Assembly: GCF_009914755.1 (NCBI RefSeq)
Contig: NC_060927.1
Reading direction: 5' to 3' (one strand)
Source: the human T2T-CHM13v2.0 reference genome, Homo sapiens
DNA length: 64,000 bases
Position 1 is the first letter of the stretch, and every line of letters starts with the position of its first letter. Positions 30,067-46,108 of this stretch are shown in pieces. Position numbers and translations under genes: made by a program. The notes under the pieces are model-generated. The model searched no databases. It was not told the DNA's origin and saw only the letters and a list, made by a program, of their open reading frames with translations.

Positions 30067-31378
30067 TGTTTGTTTGTTTCAATAGGTTATTGGGGAACAG
30101 GTGGTGTTTGGTTACACGAGTAAGTTCTTTAATGGTGATTTCTGAGATTTTGGTGTACCCATCACTTGAACAGTGTACACTGTACCCATTGTGTTTTCCT
30201 TTATTCCTTCCCCCCACACTCTCCACCACCGAGTCCCCAAAGTCCATTGTATCATTCTTATGCCTTTGCATCCTATAGCTTAGCTCCCACTTATGAATGA
30301 GAATGTATGATGTTTGATTTTCCATTTCTGAGTTACTTCGCTTAGAATAATGGCCTCCAGTTCCATCCAGGTTACTGCGAATGCCATTATTTCTTTCCTT
30401 TTAATGGCTGAGTAGTGTTTCATGGTGTGTGTGTGTGTGTATACATATATATATTATTTTATTTATCCACTTGTTGATTGTTGGGCATTTGGGCTGGTTC
30501 CATATTTTTGCAATTGCAAATTGTGCTGCTATAAACATGCATGTGCAAGTATCTTTTTCATATAATGACTTTTTTTCCTCTCAGTAAATACCCAGTAGTG
30601 GGATTGCTGGATCAAATGGTGATTATACTTTTAGTTCCTTAAAGAATATCCACACTGTTTTCCATAGTGCTCGTACTGGTTTACTTTCCCTCTGACAGTG
30701 TAAAAGTGTTCCCTTTTCACAACATCCACACCGACATCTATTATTTTTTGATTTTTTTATTATGGCCATTCTTGCCGGAGTAAGGTGGTATCGCATTGTG
30801 GTTTTGACTTACATTTCCCTGATAATTAGTGATGTTGAACATTTTTTCAAATGTTTATTGGCCATTTGTGTATCTTCTTTTGAGAATTGTCTATTTATGT
30901 CCTTAGCCCAGTTTTTGATGGGATTGTGTTTCTTGCTGATTCATTTGAGTTCCTTGTAGATTCTGGATATTAGTTCTTTGTTGGATGTATAGATTCTGAA
31001 CATTTTCTTCCACTCTGTGGGTTGTCTGTTTACTCTGCTGATTGATTCTTTTGCTGTGCAGAAGAGTTTTAGTTTAATTAAGTCCAATCTATTTATCTTA
31101 GTTTTTGTTGCATTTGCTTTTGGGTTCTTGGTCATGAAGTCTTTGCCTAAGCCAATGTCTAGAAGAGTTTTTCTGATGTTATTTTGTAGAATTTTTATGG
31201 TTTTAGGTCTTAGATTTAAGTCCTTGATCCAACTTGAGTTGATTTTTGTATAAGGTGAGAGATGAGGATCCAGTTTCATTCTTCTACATATGGCTTGCCA
31301 ATTATCCCAGCACCATTTGTTGAATAGGGTTCCCTTTCCCCACTTTACGTTTTTGTTTGCTTTGTCAAAGATCAGTTG
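30067..31378 (-). mobile_element. L1PB-type (L1PB1-like), 5'-truncated 1.3 kb
   Basis: ORF2 C-terminal peptide [20 protein letters not shown]; L1PB 3' UTR; perfect 17-bp TSD tctttcagccagacttt at 30050-30066 and 31379-31395. Confidence 0.95.
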
Positions 31379-31528
31379 TCTTTCAGCCAGACTTTGAGAG
31401 AATTGGCAAGGCCCAGGCTTTCAACAGTCATCAAGAAAAGGAATATGATGTTGATACTAGTACTCAGCTTACTCCTCGGAGCAAAGGCTGGAATAAATAA
31501 CCAATTTTAAAATAAGAAAAATGGTCTG

Positions 31529-31853
31529 GGCTGGGCTCAGTGGCTCATGCCTGTAATCCCAGCACTTTGGGAGACCGAGGCAGGCAGATCATTTGAGGTC
31601 AAGAGTTTGAGACCATCCTGACCTATATGGTGAAACCGCATCTCTACTAAAAATACAAAAAAAATTAGCTGGGCGTGGTGGTGCACGCTTGTAATCTCAG
31701 TTGCTTGGGAGGCTGAGACAGAATTGCTTGAACCCAGGAGGCGAAGGTTGGAGTGAGCCAAGGTCACACCACTGCACCCCAGCCTGGGAGACATAGTAAG
31801 ACTCTGTCTCAATAAAAAAAAAAGAAAGAAAGAAAGAAAGAAGAAAAAGGAAG
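31529..31853 (+). mobile_element. AluS with (GAAA)n tail
   Basis: Full Alu; TSD aagaaaa(a/g)tggt(c/t)tg at 31514 and 31854. Confidence 0.94.
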
Positions 31854-31949
31854 AAGAAAAGTGGTTTGATTCTTGTGAAGCATTCACCCAAATTTGTAAA
31901 GCTAAGGGTCTAATGAACCTGCCAATGACTTTGTGGAGAATTTATGAGC

Positions 31950-32050
31950 TTTTTACAGAGATTGATAGGATTAAATGAGATAATGTTTGTAGAGTGCTGG
32001 GCACAGAGTCTGGCACACAAGGAAGCACTAAATTTTAAAAAGCAATTATA
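31950..32050 (+). mobile_element. MIR 3' fragment
   Basis: aggattaaatgagataatgtttgtagagtgctgggcacagagtctggcaca. Confidence 0.8.
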
Positions 32051-32866
32051 ACGCTGATAATACTGCTTGTTATAACAAGTCTCCAGAATTTATTGAAATC
32101 AAAGAGTGGGAGAAGTGGAAGATCATGTCAACCATTGCTCATATAGCTCTTCTACAGTGCTCCAGTATGTGATATATGATGTACTCGGGAACTTCTTGGA
32201 TTCCTATGGAAACATCTCCCTTTTTTATAGTCAGATTTACTCTGGAGAGACATTCTACAACACTTCTCAAACTGCATTGGCTTGCACTCCTCTGGCATTA
32301 ACTATATGCCAGTAAGAATAGTCTGGGTTTTATTGACAGAAGGATAAAACTCTGGGGTCTTATCATTTGAGTCCCCAGACAGTCAACTCTGGCCTTGGCT
32401 AACAACTTTCCTCCAGACTTAGGAATACATCCTGGGTTTCCCAGGATATCGTCATCAGTTTGTAACTCATTTCATTGCCCTGACTCTGTTCTTGACCAAC
32501 CTGCTGTGTAAGAACCATGGCTTCTAGTGGTTGTTCAAGACTTGGCAGGTGAACTGAACTCTAAAATGATGTTTTACAGTAGGACAAATCTTACTCTGGC
32601 TGGATCTGAATGCAGCAGCTTCACCTGGGAGGTAGATTGCATGTGGAGGAGGAGAGGCAAGAGTATGCCAGCTCAGTCTGAAACTGGCTTAAGTCCCAAA
32701 TCACCAATAACTTTTCCGAAAGTGAACCCCATTTCAATGACCAACCTCAAGCTGACCTTCAGGACTTGGCTTCACAGTCAAAGGGCCAGACCCCCACCAG
32801 GAATGGGAATGTCTTCAGGTGCACTTGGCCTGCAAACTCAGTGAGTAGCTGTCCACTGTTGTGGCC

Positions 32867-33229
32867 TGATATGGTTTGGCTCTGTGTCCCCACCCAAATC
32901 TCACCTGGAATTGTAATAATACCCATGTGTCAAGGGCGGGACCAGGTGGAGATAACTGAATCATGAGAACAATTTCCCACATGCTGTTGTCATGATAGTG
33001 AGTGAGTTCTCACGAGATCTGATGGTTTTATAAGGGGCTTTCTGCTTTGCTTGACACTCATTCTCTCTCCTGCCATCCTGTGAAGAGGTGCCTTCCACTG
33101 TGCTTATAAGTTTCCTAAGGCCTCCCACCCCCAGCCATGTGGAACTGTGAGTCAATTAAACCTCCTTTTCTTTATAAATTACCCAGTCTTGGGTATTTCT
33201 TCATAGCAGTGTGAGAACAGATTAATACA
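32867..33229 (+). mobile_element. THE1 (THE1D-like) solo LTR
   Basis: tgatatggtttggctctgtgtccccacccaaatctc...attaataca; perfect 5-bp TSD tggcc at 32862 and 33230. Confidence 0.96.
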
Positions 33230-34104
33230 TGGCCATTCTGATTTCAAGAAAGCAAATTCTAAAATTTTAGAATTAATGTACAAAGGTCTTACTTTGCCCT
33301 GAGGATACCAGATGCCCCCTAACAGCCTCTTTTCAGAGAACAGAAGCAGAAAGTTATTCTCCATTACTTGTCACTTTCTGTTTTTCTGTCTTTGTGCCCT
33401 TGTGGATGATTGGGTTGTAAGTGACATTGTGTGGGTGGGGGGATAGGGATTTCATAAGCCTACACCAGGACAAGTGGGGCAATGAAGCTGACCTAGGGGA
33501 GACTGAAATCACAGCCTTCCCTACGTAGAATTTAGTCTCCTGGTTATGACTGCGGCAGGTTTGAGGGCAACTTAGGAGGGATGGCTCTCCCTCCCCTTTT
33601 CTTGAACCTTAATCCTTTTCCTTCCTGCCTCACTTCCCACACTTCCACCATGCTCTTTATATTTCCTTTGTGGCTTTTTAAAAGCCCCCAAAGATATGCA
33701 TCAGGCTGTTAGTACTGGTTAATCTCAGTGAGGATATTTTCACTTTAAAAGCTCTCTCTACATTTTTGGATAATACTACTTGTTGCTTTAAGCATTTATT
33801 ACGTTTGGAATTAAAAGAAAAAGTTAATCTGCTCTGAGAAACAAGAAAAAACTAAAATAAAAAAGAACAAAAACCAAATTAATAAATATATGTATTTTTT
33901 CCTTTATCACTCCCCTCCTCCAAGGCTTCTGGCTCAAAACTGATTCTTCCTTCTATCCCTGATCAAAATTTTTATTTCCAAAATGCTGCCTTTTCAGCTA
34001 GATAGTGATCAAGCTATTTGGTTAAAGTAATTCCACTAATGTGTGTGTGAGAAGTGTTGTTGGGTGATGTTGATGTTGACGATTATCCAAAGAGTGTCCG
34101 GAGG

Positions 34105-34265
34105 GCATTTGCAGAGCACGTTGGCCTGGGTGGTAATCCCCCTGCTGTTGGCTTCATTTAGAACCTTGAGCATGTCACTTCAAATGCCTGTATCTCTGGC
34201 TTAATTCTTCATCTAACATGTGAAACTAAGAAAATAATACTGCTATGCTTGCTAACCTTACAAAA
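34105..34265 (+). mobile_element. MIR fragment
   Basis: accttgagcatgtcacttcaa...cttcatctaa. Confidence 0.5.
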
Positions 34266-36194
34266 ATACAATTTTTTTCTTAGTCTGTGATTATCCATTG
34301 CATTTTCTCCTAGGTCCGGTGGAGATGGTGGTGGTGAGATGCAGGGAGATGGAGAGAAAAATGGGAGCACCACCTTTCTTTACAAAGCCAAAAGCTACAT
34401 CCCCATTGACCTAGATGTCATAAGAGTTTTTTTTCCCCAAAGGTATATGCACCCTCAAGAGTAACTTGTAGTTAATAACCATCAAAACTAAAATACAAAC
34501 TGCTTTGCTTTGTATACTTTTTAGACTGACATGACCAAAATATGATTTCTTGATTGTCATTTCATTTTTCATAGGGCACCATGATGGAGAATCGGCTTTC
34601 CCAAGGACACACATACCTTTGTCACACCAAGCACCACCTTGTCCTCAGACTGTTCTTGTACTGGCTTTGTTTACAAGCCAGATTTTTTTTAAAATGAGAA
34701 AAATCAAATGTTCACTTAAGAAGTGAAATTTGAATAAAATTACAGTTTCAGGCAAAGCCTATATTATTTTTAAAATCAGCGAATAAAGCAAGGGATATTA
34801 AATCATGATCTTCACCTGAACCAGTTCTTTCTCTCTCTTTTTTTTAAATAGTATTCCTATAGTAGGAAAATAATTCATCTGGTTTGATTGTGTTCATTAC
34901 CACATAGCTGGCATGGTTGTCTCACGCAAGCACCAAGAAGATATAGAGCTAAATCAACAGACCATGATTTGTTGGCTCTACCAAGTATAAACTAGCCACT
35001 GGAAAATCAAGTTGAAAACATAGGACAAATCTATGAAAGAAACAAGCCACAGCTTGCAGGAAAGAAAATGTTTGCAGAAAACTCCAGCATTACAGGTTTA
35101 TCTAAGGTGTGGTCTCCAGTAAGCCTCAGTAATTACCCAGGATACCACAGCTAGTGGCTGAAAAATGTACTTCATGGATTTAACCCTTTCACCCTACCCC
35201 TAGACAATTTCTTAGAGGCAATTGCACTACAGCCAGATTTAGCTTAAACAAGAAGACTTGTTTTTACTGTAATTGAAGTTGTTTTTAAACATTGCTACTA
35301 CGGTCTACTACAGATATTTCTTAACTGTGAAATTTAGCTTGTTCTTTCTATAATAACATAGGTTTATGAGTGGGTAGGACTTCATTTTATGATGTATCAT
35401 GGTTGAGAATCTTATACCACTTGGGGGCTTTGTGGTTGAGGGGTAATATGGTTTAGGAAGAAAAAGGAGCTGAAAATTGCATTCTGGTCTTGTCTCTGGC
35501 CTGAAGCAAATTTCTTCATAACTTGAATCTCAATTTTCTTATCCTATCCATGGCATTATGTGGTCTCTGAGGAACCTTTTAGCTCTAATTCTCCATTTTT
35601 CTATTCTGTGAAAGTGTGACATCAAGAAGCAGTTCTTTCTAACTGTATCCACAAAAATACGTCTAAGTTATTGATTGTCACATCTGGATTCAGAAAAGCC
35701 ATAATATTTGGAGATTGCTTTATTTTGTTAAATAATGATAAAACTGAAAAAGCACTTGCTTGGTTTGAATTGTACCCAAGTTAAAAAAAAAAAATCTTTA
35801 CTTATTTTGCTTAACTTGAAAATGACCTGATTTGTCTCACTCTGTGTTTTGGAGTTTTACATCAAATTAACATTTATATTTCCCCTGAGTATATTTCAAT
35901 GTTTTCTTGCCGAAGGATTTTAGTTTTGCATAAAATTTAGGGTTTTAGGTAGAAGATGCCTGGATCTACACCTGTATTCCTTCTAGAAGCTACTGCTTTA
36001 CTTTGCTTTTATAATACAAATAGCCCCTTTCCCATAGAAACTGTGCAAATACCTATAGCTAGTGGTCCAACAAATCCTATAGCCAGAAGAAAATTCAGGC
36101 ATAATCTCATCCAGCCCCTCACATTTTTGATGATCATAGTATTATAATAATTAATAACTATCATTCTTTGGGTACTTCCTGTAAAGCCAGATAT

Positions 36195-36355
36195 TCTGCT
36201 GGGCATGTTATGTTCCTTATCGCATTCAGTTCTTAAAACAGCTTTGCAAAGTAGGAGTTATTATTCCCATCCCTGAGCAAGGAAAGTTTAAGTAACTTGC
36301 CTCCAAGTCCATACACTTAATAACTGTTGGAACTGAGACTCAAACTCAGGCCTGT
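36195..36355 (-). mobile_element. MIR
   Basis: gtaggagttattattcccat...taagtaacttgcctccaagtccatacac...gagactcaaactcagg. Confidence 0.7.
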
Positions 36356-36774
36356 AAGAATTTTGATCAAATTCTTTGATCAAATCCTTTGATTTTAAAT
36401 TCTAGTGTACAATGACGATATCAAAATCAGAGACATTGTAGACAGCCTCAAGTTAGAGAACTCTGCATGTCGTGTTTCCTCTGCATGGAAAACTCTTCTC
36501 CTCCCCATTCTCCATTCCATCCTCCAAACTCCTACCTACACCTCCTTTAGAGCAAATGGCCTTTCAGCATTACTTTCTGTCTTAAGAGATGAGATCAATC
36601 TCCTCATCACAATTTTCTTCTTTCATGGCCTCAGTACTTTTCTTCCATAGTACCTTCCTAGCATTTACAAAATGCAAAAAAAAGTGAAACTTTTTTTGAT
36701 TATTTGATTAGTATCAGCTCCATAAGGACAAGGGTAGTGTCTGACATTTATTTTTCATTGTTGTTAAATTTAAA

Positions 36775-38545
<1,771 letters not shown>

Positions 38546-38562
38546 CGCTGACTTATTCACTT

Positions 38563-38942
<380 letters not shown>

Positions 38943-39257
38943 TGAATGAGTAAATGACATAAAAATCATGAAGGAAGGGTCTCATATTTTTTCATTTGTT
39001 ACCTTTTAGTGAAGATGACCTTGACAACCAATATATATTGCAGTCCGACCCCTCATTCCCTATATGCCTTTGCTGATTTACTTTTGTTCATAGAACTTAT
39101 CATCATCTACATATTATCATATTTGGGGCATGTTAGAACAGCAGTGATTATTGCAATACAGTCTACCATTTATCCATGAATACTTCTTGCCATGAGCTTT
39201 AATGAGACATTCAACTGCTGCAATATATTTCATATGTCTATCTCTCACTTAAAAATT

Positions 39258-39343
39258 AGTATGCCTGTATCAAACATTTCCTGTATCTTATAAATATACA
39301 CACCTACTCTGTACCAACAAAAATTTTTTAAAAATTAAAAAAA
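39258..39343 (+). mobile_element. Tiny L1 (MA/PB-type) 3' terminus with A-tail, next to a MIR
   Basis: atgcctgtatcaaacatt...ataaatatacacacctactctgtaccaacaaaaatt...aaaaa. Confidence 0.75.
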
Positions 39344-39349
39344 TTTTTT

Positions 39350-39490
39350 CACACATAATCTTATTTAATCCTTCCAAGACCCTGTGAGGTACGCAGGGTA
39401 AATGCCTAAAGATGACAAATTGAGGTTCAGAGGAATAAATAATGTGACTCAAATCACACAATTAATCAGTGATAAAGTTGGGATTCTTCT
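39350..39490 (-). mobile_element. MIR
   Basis: atcttatttaatccttccaagaccctgtgaggta...agatgacaaattgaggttcagag. Confidence 0.8.
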
Positions 39491-40010
39491 GTTAGCCACT
39501 ATATCTCCCGGGAGCATAAGCAAAAGATATCTTGGGAATGGGGATGAGATGGCGCTGATCGAGTTAGACATGGCAACCAGGGCCCTGAGATACCCTTCTA
39601 CCCCTTCCCCCCACCCCACACACCCACCTGGGAGAATACCTGTTACTGGAACAGAATGAGCATGACTTCATAAAGAATAGTTCATGTCTTTAATAAAATT
39701 TACCTTCCATCACTGGTAACTATGGCTGTGATAAAGAGAAACAAATCTAAAGATTTTTTTGCCTTTTATCATTTACCATTGGAGAATCACTTTAGAGCAA
39801 CTCAGAAACACACACAGTTGGGCCAGCTTTGTTTCTTGGCTAATGGGAGAGTATGAACTGAGCCCAGATGACCACTTTAAGGGGCTGTCATAAGAAAAAT
39901 TTAAGCAGAGAGGGCATGTGGATGAAGAAAGAAGGAAAACCAAGTGATCTTACTTTTATTTAAAAGTAAAAGTCAACACTTTCCCCTGACCCCCCCACTG
40001 ACTGACTGAC

Positions 40011-40071
40011 TTTTTTTTTGAGACAGGGTCTTGCTGTGTCACACAGGCTGGAGCCCAGTGGTGAGATCACA
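40011..40071 (-). mobile_element. Short Alu 3' fragment
   Basis: tttttttttgagacagggtcttgctgtgtcacacaggctggagcccagtgg. Confidence 0.85.
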
Positions 40072-40810
40072 TGCAAATAAAAGTCTTTTATTTTTAAGGA
40101 CTGTTCCATGAGCTGTTATGTTGGTTATTACGCTGGAGAGCAGGGTCAGGGAGTAACTGTGGAATGATTTGACCAGCAGCATGTATTCAAATATGTGGAA
40201 TGACAGATTATCTTGCCTTTTGCAAGGCAAGTTTACGTTTGGTATTGTAAAGCACATTAATGCATAAATATGACTTTGTTCAGACTTTCCTTATATAAAT
40301 ACTAAAATGGTATTTGAGTCAGTTCCAATGAGAATATATGGTTCTTAAAAGCCTAAAGTGCAAATTAAAACTATCTTTCCAGCTTCCACAGCACCCCTCA
40401 GCCTCTCACCACCACTTATAAGTAAGTTTATAGCTATTTTATGTTAAAACATTTTAACATAAAATTTAACATAAAGTATTCCCTGGAACATCTAGGCTTG
40501 GCCTAGTAGCTACTCTGATCTTGACGAATCTATAATCTGACTTTCACAAAAGTCAGTTACCTAGTTTCTTAAGTAGCTTCTTTTAGTTCTCTTCTCTTCA
40601 AGATAATGGGAATGGGAATGATTTATCTGCCAAAGGAGGCTGTAGTGGGATAATACTGAGCACACTCCACATGTTGTATTTTGGTCTATATTTACTACAC
40701 ACATACACTTGGGGATTTTCTGACAGGAGGCAGGAGGGTTGGAGTAGATGGTATAAAAGGGGAAAGGTGGGAGACAGGATTAAGAATTGGCATTCCTCTC
40801 TGAGACTGGA

Positions 40811-41300
40811 GTATTGGTTAGCTATTGTTGTGTAACAAAGTACTCCAAAATGTTGTGGCTTAAAACAACAAACATTTATTATCTCAGTTTCTATAGGCCA
40901 GAAATTTAGGCGAAGCTTATCTGAGTGGTTCGTGAGGTTGTAACCAAAATGTTGGCCAAGGTGTGGTCATCTGAAAGCTTAACTGGGGCTGGAAAATCTG
41001 TCTCCAAGATAGTCATGTACATGGCTTACATGTTAGTCTGGGCTGCTGGCAGGCAGCCTCATTTCCTTCTATGTGGGCCTTTTCACAGGGCTGCTTGAGT
41101 ATCCTCATGACACGGCAACTGGCTTTCCCCAGTTGTAAGTGATTCAAGAAGGTGAGGCAAAAGCCTCAATGCCTTTCATTATACAGTCTTGGAAGCCATA
41201 CCTCATCATGTTTGCATACTTTATTGGTGATACATATCAGTATTATTCAGTGTGGGAGGAGACTACACAAGGGTGTGAATACTGGAAGCCTGATTACCAC
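40811..41300 (-). mobile_element. MLT1F/G/H-type MaLR LTR
   Basis: gttagctattgttgtgtaacaaa...gtggcttaaaacaacaaacatttattatctca...cagggctgcttgagtatcctcatgaca...actacacaagggtgtgaatact. Confidence 0.85.
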
Positions 41301-41459
41301 CACTTAGTTTCTATATTCATAAACTTAAGATAATATTTGCCCAGCCTGTCTCAGTGCTATTGGGAGAGTCCCATGACATAGTGGATATAGAAGCTAGACA
41401 TGAAAGAGCATAGAAGTATAATGCTTTATCATTATGCATGTCATTTTTAAGTTATTATG

Positions 41460-41760
41460 GAGAAAATATTTGCTGAGCACCTGCCATGTCTCAGGTACTG
41501 GGTAACAGTGATGAACAAGACAGACAAAGTCCTGCCTTTATAGGCCTTACCTTCTAGTAGAAAAAAGATGCCACAGGCAAGTAAAAGAATAAACAGTAAT
41601 GATGAAAGTGTGTTAGGTTTACATGTAAGAAAGAACAGTATCCTCTAACAGAAAGAAGTTGGGCACTGAGGCTAGATAGGGGGAACTACAAAATTCCCCT
41701 CTGAGGATTCAATTTCTTAGCCAAGATCTAAAGGATAAGATGGAGACAGCCACATAAGGA
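41460..41760 (-). mobile_element. L2 3' fragment
   Basis: aaatatttgctgagcacctgccatgtctcaggtactg...gatgaacaagacagacaaagtcctgcc. Confidence 0.8.
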
Positions 41761-43149
41761 GAGCTCAGATATCACTGGAATAGGGCTCATTACCAAACAG
41801 ATTGTAGAGCTCCTAAATTGAATCCCACAAAACACCAAACTATGTATTTTAAAGGCCCACAGGAGTCCAGCTTGCCTGTAATGCAGGTATTAGTCATTGT
41901 CTCGAATCCTAGAATTATAAAGGTTGTCCATTGTGCTTCCCATTCAGGGAAAACTGCCTATTGACCTGTCTATAGAGGGGTGGTACCTAAAAGAAGGAAT
42001 CTGAAAGATAGTTCACTTAGCAAACATCTGAGTATCAGGATCCACGGCTCCCTTCCTAGCTTCACCCCTGCCCCATCACCATGCTGCCAGTCTTACAGTT
42101 TGCCAAAAAGTAGATAAACCCCTGGAAGGGCCAGAGGAGAAAACAATTAGACTTTTCTGCTCCTCTTGCTTCTATTCCAGGTGTTCATGGGGGCCAGCAG
42201 AGGATCGGAGGAAAGAGATTAGAAGATGAGAAGTGGAAATAAAGCTCCACGACAGCCTTCCCTGCCATTTATTCAGGACCAAGCCTCTTACACACATTTT
42301 TATATCTCTTAGTTTGAAGAATCTTTCAGAGCTGAAGGGATCATTAGACACAAAGGAAGTTTACCTTAGCAATGTTGGTTTCAGGGTTATTTTCTACTTA
42401 ATTTTTAAAACCATACTCTTGTTTTAGTTATTTCTTATTTTTGGATCAGAGCAGTAAAGGTAATTCTTACAATTCTCAGCCCTACTAAGTAAACATAGAC
42501 CTGAGTGGAGAGAAATCAGGTAGCCTTAGTTTTGGGAGTGAATACAAGATAAGGCAAAATATGTCATTAGGTCCTGGCTCTGAATCCTTTTCACTGAAGT
42601 CTAGCAGGAGTGTCTTTTGCATGAGAAGGTTTTACAAAGAGATAATTGAACGCAAGAGACATTTCCAGATCCCTTGGGGGTGTGTACCCCTTCCCTTCAC
42701 CCCACCTGTATCAGAACAAGCCAAATGAGAATACAGTACAACACCCAAGCAGCTGGCAAAAGGCAGGCTTTGAGCCTGCAGAGGCCTTAGAAAGAAAACT
42801 AAAAGCCGGCAAACCCCCCAAACCACTTTGTTTTAAATATGTTTTTCATGTTAATTTTAGTCATAATAGATGATGAAAATTAAAGGAACACTCTATGGAA
42901 AATCGCTGTAAAGCCCAATACAACAAGTCGCTTCTTGGCCAAGAAACGTACCTGACAAATTGCTTCAGGATCATGCTGGATGAAGCCTTATTATGGTTAT
43001 TAGCTATATGACTTAGGGCCGTTTGCTACCTTTGATCTAGCCCACTACCGTCAATGTTACAAAAAAAAAGACGAGGTTATGGCTACATAAGACCCCTGAG
43101 TTCACACTCAGAAGCCTGGCACTCTGGCATCATAGATACAGGCATGGGC

Positions 43150-43350
43150 ATTGATGTCAAGTGGGTCTGAATCTCAGCTTTGCTGCTTCCTGTCTTTGGA
43201 ACTTTGGGCAACTCAAATCTCCCCAAGACTTCTTTCCAATGGGAATGAAAACAGTATATGCTTCCCAGGCATGTTGAAGATTCAATAAGATAATGCTCAT
43301 AAAACAAATTTCGTAGTAAGTGCTCAATATATATTCGTTATTTTTATTAT
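43150..43350 (+). mobile_element. MIR
   Basis: gggtctgaatctcagctttgctgcttcct...actttgggcaa...gattcaataagataatgc...gtaagtgctcaata. Confidence 0.78.
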
Positions 43351-44719
43351 CATGTCTTTTTACTTATCTTCCTTCATTTGAAAAGGTCACTTTTGGCCTA
43401 TTGGCAAGTGGATTCTACATGTATTATCAATTGCATCTCTATTATTTTTTCCATAACAATTTTATTGTTTTAACAACAAATCCATCCATCCAGAAACTGT
43501 AGTATTTACTCAAACCTATATAGGCCATATTTCTGGAATTATACTGCTTTATGTATTTGGACAACCACAACAATACTGTTAATGAATGAATATAGAGCAG
43601 TGCTGAAGTTGAAGTTATGACTGCCAGTTAGGTGGGATGTGTTTAAGACAATTAGTGCACAATTTTGGGAAATCATTTTAGCCATGTGGCAATCTTCCTA
43701 TGAGCCATTATATTAGTCTAGGGATCCTTTTTAGAGATGTTAGCTGAAGATTTTATTCTTTAAAATTCATCTTAGAATATCTGGGAATAGTTGAGCTGAT
43801 TGGAAAAGGCAGTGGGAACTTTAAGTTCAATGTAAATTATCAATGTGCTTTAGAAAAATTAAAGACCTCTTTAATTCTCTGGTGCTTGATATGAAAAGCA
43901 TCCAGACTAGCACAATAGGTCACACTTAAATGATTCTCTCCTTAAGAATTAAACTGTCTTTGCACCATGCATTGGTGGAAGAAGATAATCAGATGCAGCT
44001 CCCCTAACCGAATCTTTCTTAAAGGAACTGACCAGGTAAAAGAATGGAGTTACTGTGCATGAAAAAAGAAAAATACAAAAATAATTTGACCTGCGAAAAG
44101 AATCAATTTTTCTGTGTACTGGAGCAAGACGCTAACAAGCATGACAGTGAGCCCTTCCAGTATTGAAACACTCTGTAAAGGCTTTGCTTCAGCAAGAAAG
44201 GCATCCATGGGCCAGATTTCAGCTGCAGGATGATTCAGCCACCTAGATCTGAATTCATAAAGAGTTTTAGATAGGATATGTCTGTAACTACCGGAGGTTG
44301 GAATTAGCTGCAAGATTGTATGTGTGTGTGTTGTGGGTGGGGGTGATTATTAGGATACTGAGGATTTATAGCTCCATAGAGAAACAGAATATTACTTCTA
44401 TCTGAGATTGCCAGCCACCACAGAACACTTCCCTGTGGCTCAACTCTTCTTAAAAAGAGGACACTTTTGTTAGCATTAACATAGAAAGGGCATAGGACTA
44501 AATGGGGTTGATAGATTTAATTTCTTCTTAATAAGATGATATTTCACCTGAATAAGGTCGTGGTGGGTAGGGATGGAGTTGGGGAGGGCTCCATTTTTGT
44601 AGTGAGATTGCATAAAGCTGTCTGAAAAGCTCTGTCATACTCTCTAGTGAAGAGACCTTTTAAGTTCTTCATAAATTTGAAATTATTTCATTGTAGCAAA
44701 ATAATTATAGCCATAAATT

Positions 44720-44935
44720 TGCATTGACTATGTGTGAACCACTGTTCTTTATATCCGTTTTTAAATTTAATGCCCATAACAACTCCCTAAGGCAACGGCA
44801 GATATTCTTAATTAACAGATTGGCAAACTAAGGCTCAGAGTGGAACAAGGCACAATGGTAAGTGGTAAAGTAGGGATTTGAACCTGAGTCCATCCAAATC
44901 TAAGATGCTTTTATGAGGCTTCTAACCACTATGTG
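44720..44935 (-). mobile_element. MIR
   Basis: tttaatgcccataacaactcc...acagattggcaaactaaggctcagag...gggatttgaacct. Confidence 0.78.
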
Positions 44936-46001
44936 ATCATCTTGATTCTATATGGTCTTACTTGTCCCATGGTCAAGTGCAGGATTCCCCATAGGGACTA
45001 GAAACATGCCCTGTGCTGTTTCTCAAGAGAGGGAGCTACTTTCATGTTATGGCACTGCTCATTTAAATAGTTCACATGTGTCTGTTTGTTGAGTGTTTTT
45101 AAATGTTGGTCATAAATATACTTACTAGGACATAGTATAAAATATTTTAAATTGAAACTATCAGACAATACTGAGTGCCTGGTCACCATAATTACAAGAG
45201 GTATAACACAGTGATCCTTCAATTTCTAGGGATTTACATAGCAGCCCAGATGAGAAGGGTGGTTGAGGACATGCTGAATAACTATATGAATCTATTTTCT
45301 TTTATATGGAATAAGTATGTTAAGTGCCACTTAAAACTCCAGTGTGGGAACAAGTGACTCTAATCTTTAGTCAGTCTCACCTACCCTCTAAGACCTTTTG
45401 GTCACTTCATCAGTTCCCCTGGCTTCTTGATCAATGAAACTGGCTTAAATGGAACTGTGTAAATGAAATCAGATAATGTGAAAACACTAGCAAAGTAAAC
45501 AATGTGAACAAAACAGAGAAATTGCTAGAGCAACAAACTGACTGAGGCAACTGGAAAAACTCCAGTGTGCCGACTCTTGTGTTCAGTTTCTCCATATCAT
45601 TACCTATTGGCCATCTGTTCTCTGGTCAAAATTCTCCTCCATTTCCCATCCCCAAATGAAACATCCTGGAAAGTGGGCTCCATCCCATATTCTTCAATCT
45701 AGTTAACTAGCTTCCAGCTAAAAAAAAGTTCATATATTCCTACCAAGGATATTTTGAATCCAACAGGTTCAAATAGACTGCAACTCACCTTGCAAATAAA
45801 AAAGGATAAGAAACCTAAGTTTATCTAAAATTTCACATTAATTCTGCATGCCAGAAAGTACAGAAAGCAGGGACCAAAGTGAATACTATTGAGGTTAAGT
45901 ACTTGAACACAACCTTTGTTCTGAAAAGTACAGACCATAAAGACAAAAGTCTAGACAGTAACAATGACTTCTTACTAAGTCATTTTTGCAACTAAGTATT
46001 G

Positions 46002-46108
46002 CAAAAAAAAAAATAAATAAAGGTGGGGGAGAGAAAGAAAAGAAGGAACAGAGGAAGGAGGGAGGGAAAAAGAAAGAAAGGAAGGAAAAGTAAAAGAAAA
46101 AAAAGGAC
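46002..46108. repeat. GA-rich low-complexity tract
   Basis: Almost pure purine run (aaaa...gaaggaggaagggagggaaaaagaaagaaagg). Confidence 0.8.
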
